A stretch of 64,000 nt of DNA from Octopus sinensis. Lineage: Eukaryota. The stretch covers positions 40,424,001 through 40,488,000 of the forward strand of contig NC_043013.1 of NCBI RefSeq assembly GCF_006345805.1, read 5' to 3'. Within the stretch, counting starts at the first letter, position 1; each line of letters opens with the position of its first letter. The position numbers and the translations under genes were made by a program. Below are positions 62,918 to 64,000 of the stretch, one piece after another. The notes beneath the pieces were generated by a model. That model had not been told where the DNA came from. It was given only the letters and a program-made list of their open reading frames with translations, and did no database searches.

Positions 62918-63324
62918 TGTGGTTCTCAGTCATTTTCTCCTTTTTCCTTTTACTTTTGGACCCCTTTGGTTACTATTTTATTCTGGTGGACCCCATTGCC
63001 ATACAATATTTAAAAACTAGTGTTATCGATACTTATTTCGCAATTCCAAATTTGTTTTTCACCCATTCACTTGTGTAGCTTTGCAATAGTATTCTCAGTG
63101 GCCAAAAACATGTTGAACTATGTACTTGTAAAACATTCAAGAAAGAAAAGTACTGTTTTTATTTATTAGATGTATTTATTTTTGCTTTAGATGTTATTTA
63201 ACGCAATAAATTCATCTAAAACAAAAATTCATAGATCCTTAAAACACGATTGAGGATCCCTAATTTACCTGAGTGGACACTCAAAAATCTTATATGAATC
63301 ATGGACCCGGTTGAGAACTACTGG
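62918..63324. mobile_element. hAT-like MITE, decayed
   Basis: Left end ctgtggttctca and right end ggttgagaactactg form a degenerate CAGTGGTTCTCAACC-type TIR pair. Internal ggacccc subrepeats. Confidence 0.45.
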
Positions 63325-64000
63325 TCCTGAGTAATAGCAATAAATGTATTTACACATTTGATAGACTGGCATATATATATTAACAGCAAGATATCTTTTT
63401 CCTAATTTCTATCATAATATTCATTTCTAACAAAGCACAAAACCGGGAATTTGAAGGGAGAGAAACAGTTGATAGAGTATTTGATTAGTACATCACTTTT
63501 TTGATACAGGAGAGGATTTGAACGCAGAACGTAAAGGCACGTTGCTAAATGCTTCATTGCTTTCTGTCCGATGCGCTATTGATTCTACAGTAATAGACAT
63601 CTTAATATTGCACTCTATTTCCTTTCCACTATGCGAGGATATAACACACAAAGAGACACACAGACAACGATAAATATTTATCTGGATCTTGTTAAATTTC
63701 TTCAAATCATTTTAAGTATATCAAGTTTTCACCAGATTATTTTCAAAAAATGTAGTTTTGCATCCTATGACGAAAATCGCATTCATTTTTACCTTTCTAG
63801 AAATCAGTACATTATTGCAGAAAATTTAAAGAAAACCTCACGAAAAATCGATACTTTAAGTGGTTGGAAGAAATTTAACAATTCTTTTGACTGTTTCTGA
63901 ATTTAACCCTAATTCATATCTGATTAAGCAAACTTGTGATCATAGCGTTCCATCCATAACCATTCTACTCAGTTTTTAGACAATGTACCTAGGACTACAT

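Overview
AT-rich, repeat-dense eukaryotic DNA. The SINE families and microsatellite style point to a cephalopod, probably Octopus (inference from pattern recognition, not a database hit). I can support no intact host gene. The window is a layered mobile-element landscape: tRNA-headed SINEs; decayed RTE, CR1/L2, R4-like and Penelope retroelements; an internally deleted Gypsy element with both LTRs and a 4-bp TSD; a SPIN/Buster-type hAT transposase pseudogene; several Tc1/mariner elements and MITEs; and a foldback element with ~170-bp TIRs and an 8-bp TSD. The standout is a set of L1/Tx1-clade non-LTR retroelements that appear to be target-specific. Two separately inserted copies of one mariner family (33645-35657 and 53803-59667) carry Tx1-type inserts at the same motif, TGTTACAAT, just upstream of the transposase frame. 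In the second copy two different Tx1 units (one ORF1-only, one RT-only) are stacked in tandem, separated by another copy of that motif. A sister Tx1 element sits inside a (TCTA)n microsatellite, and the same 3' tail recurs in a tandem array inside a SINE. The left ~14 kb is visibly CpG-depleted relative to the rest. All alignments and counts were made by eye.
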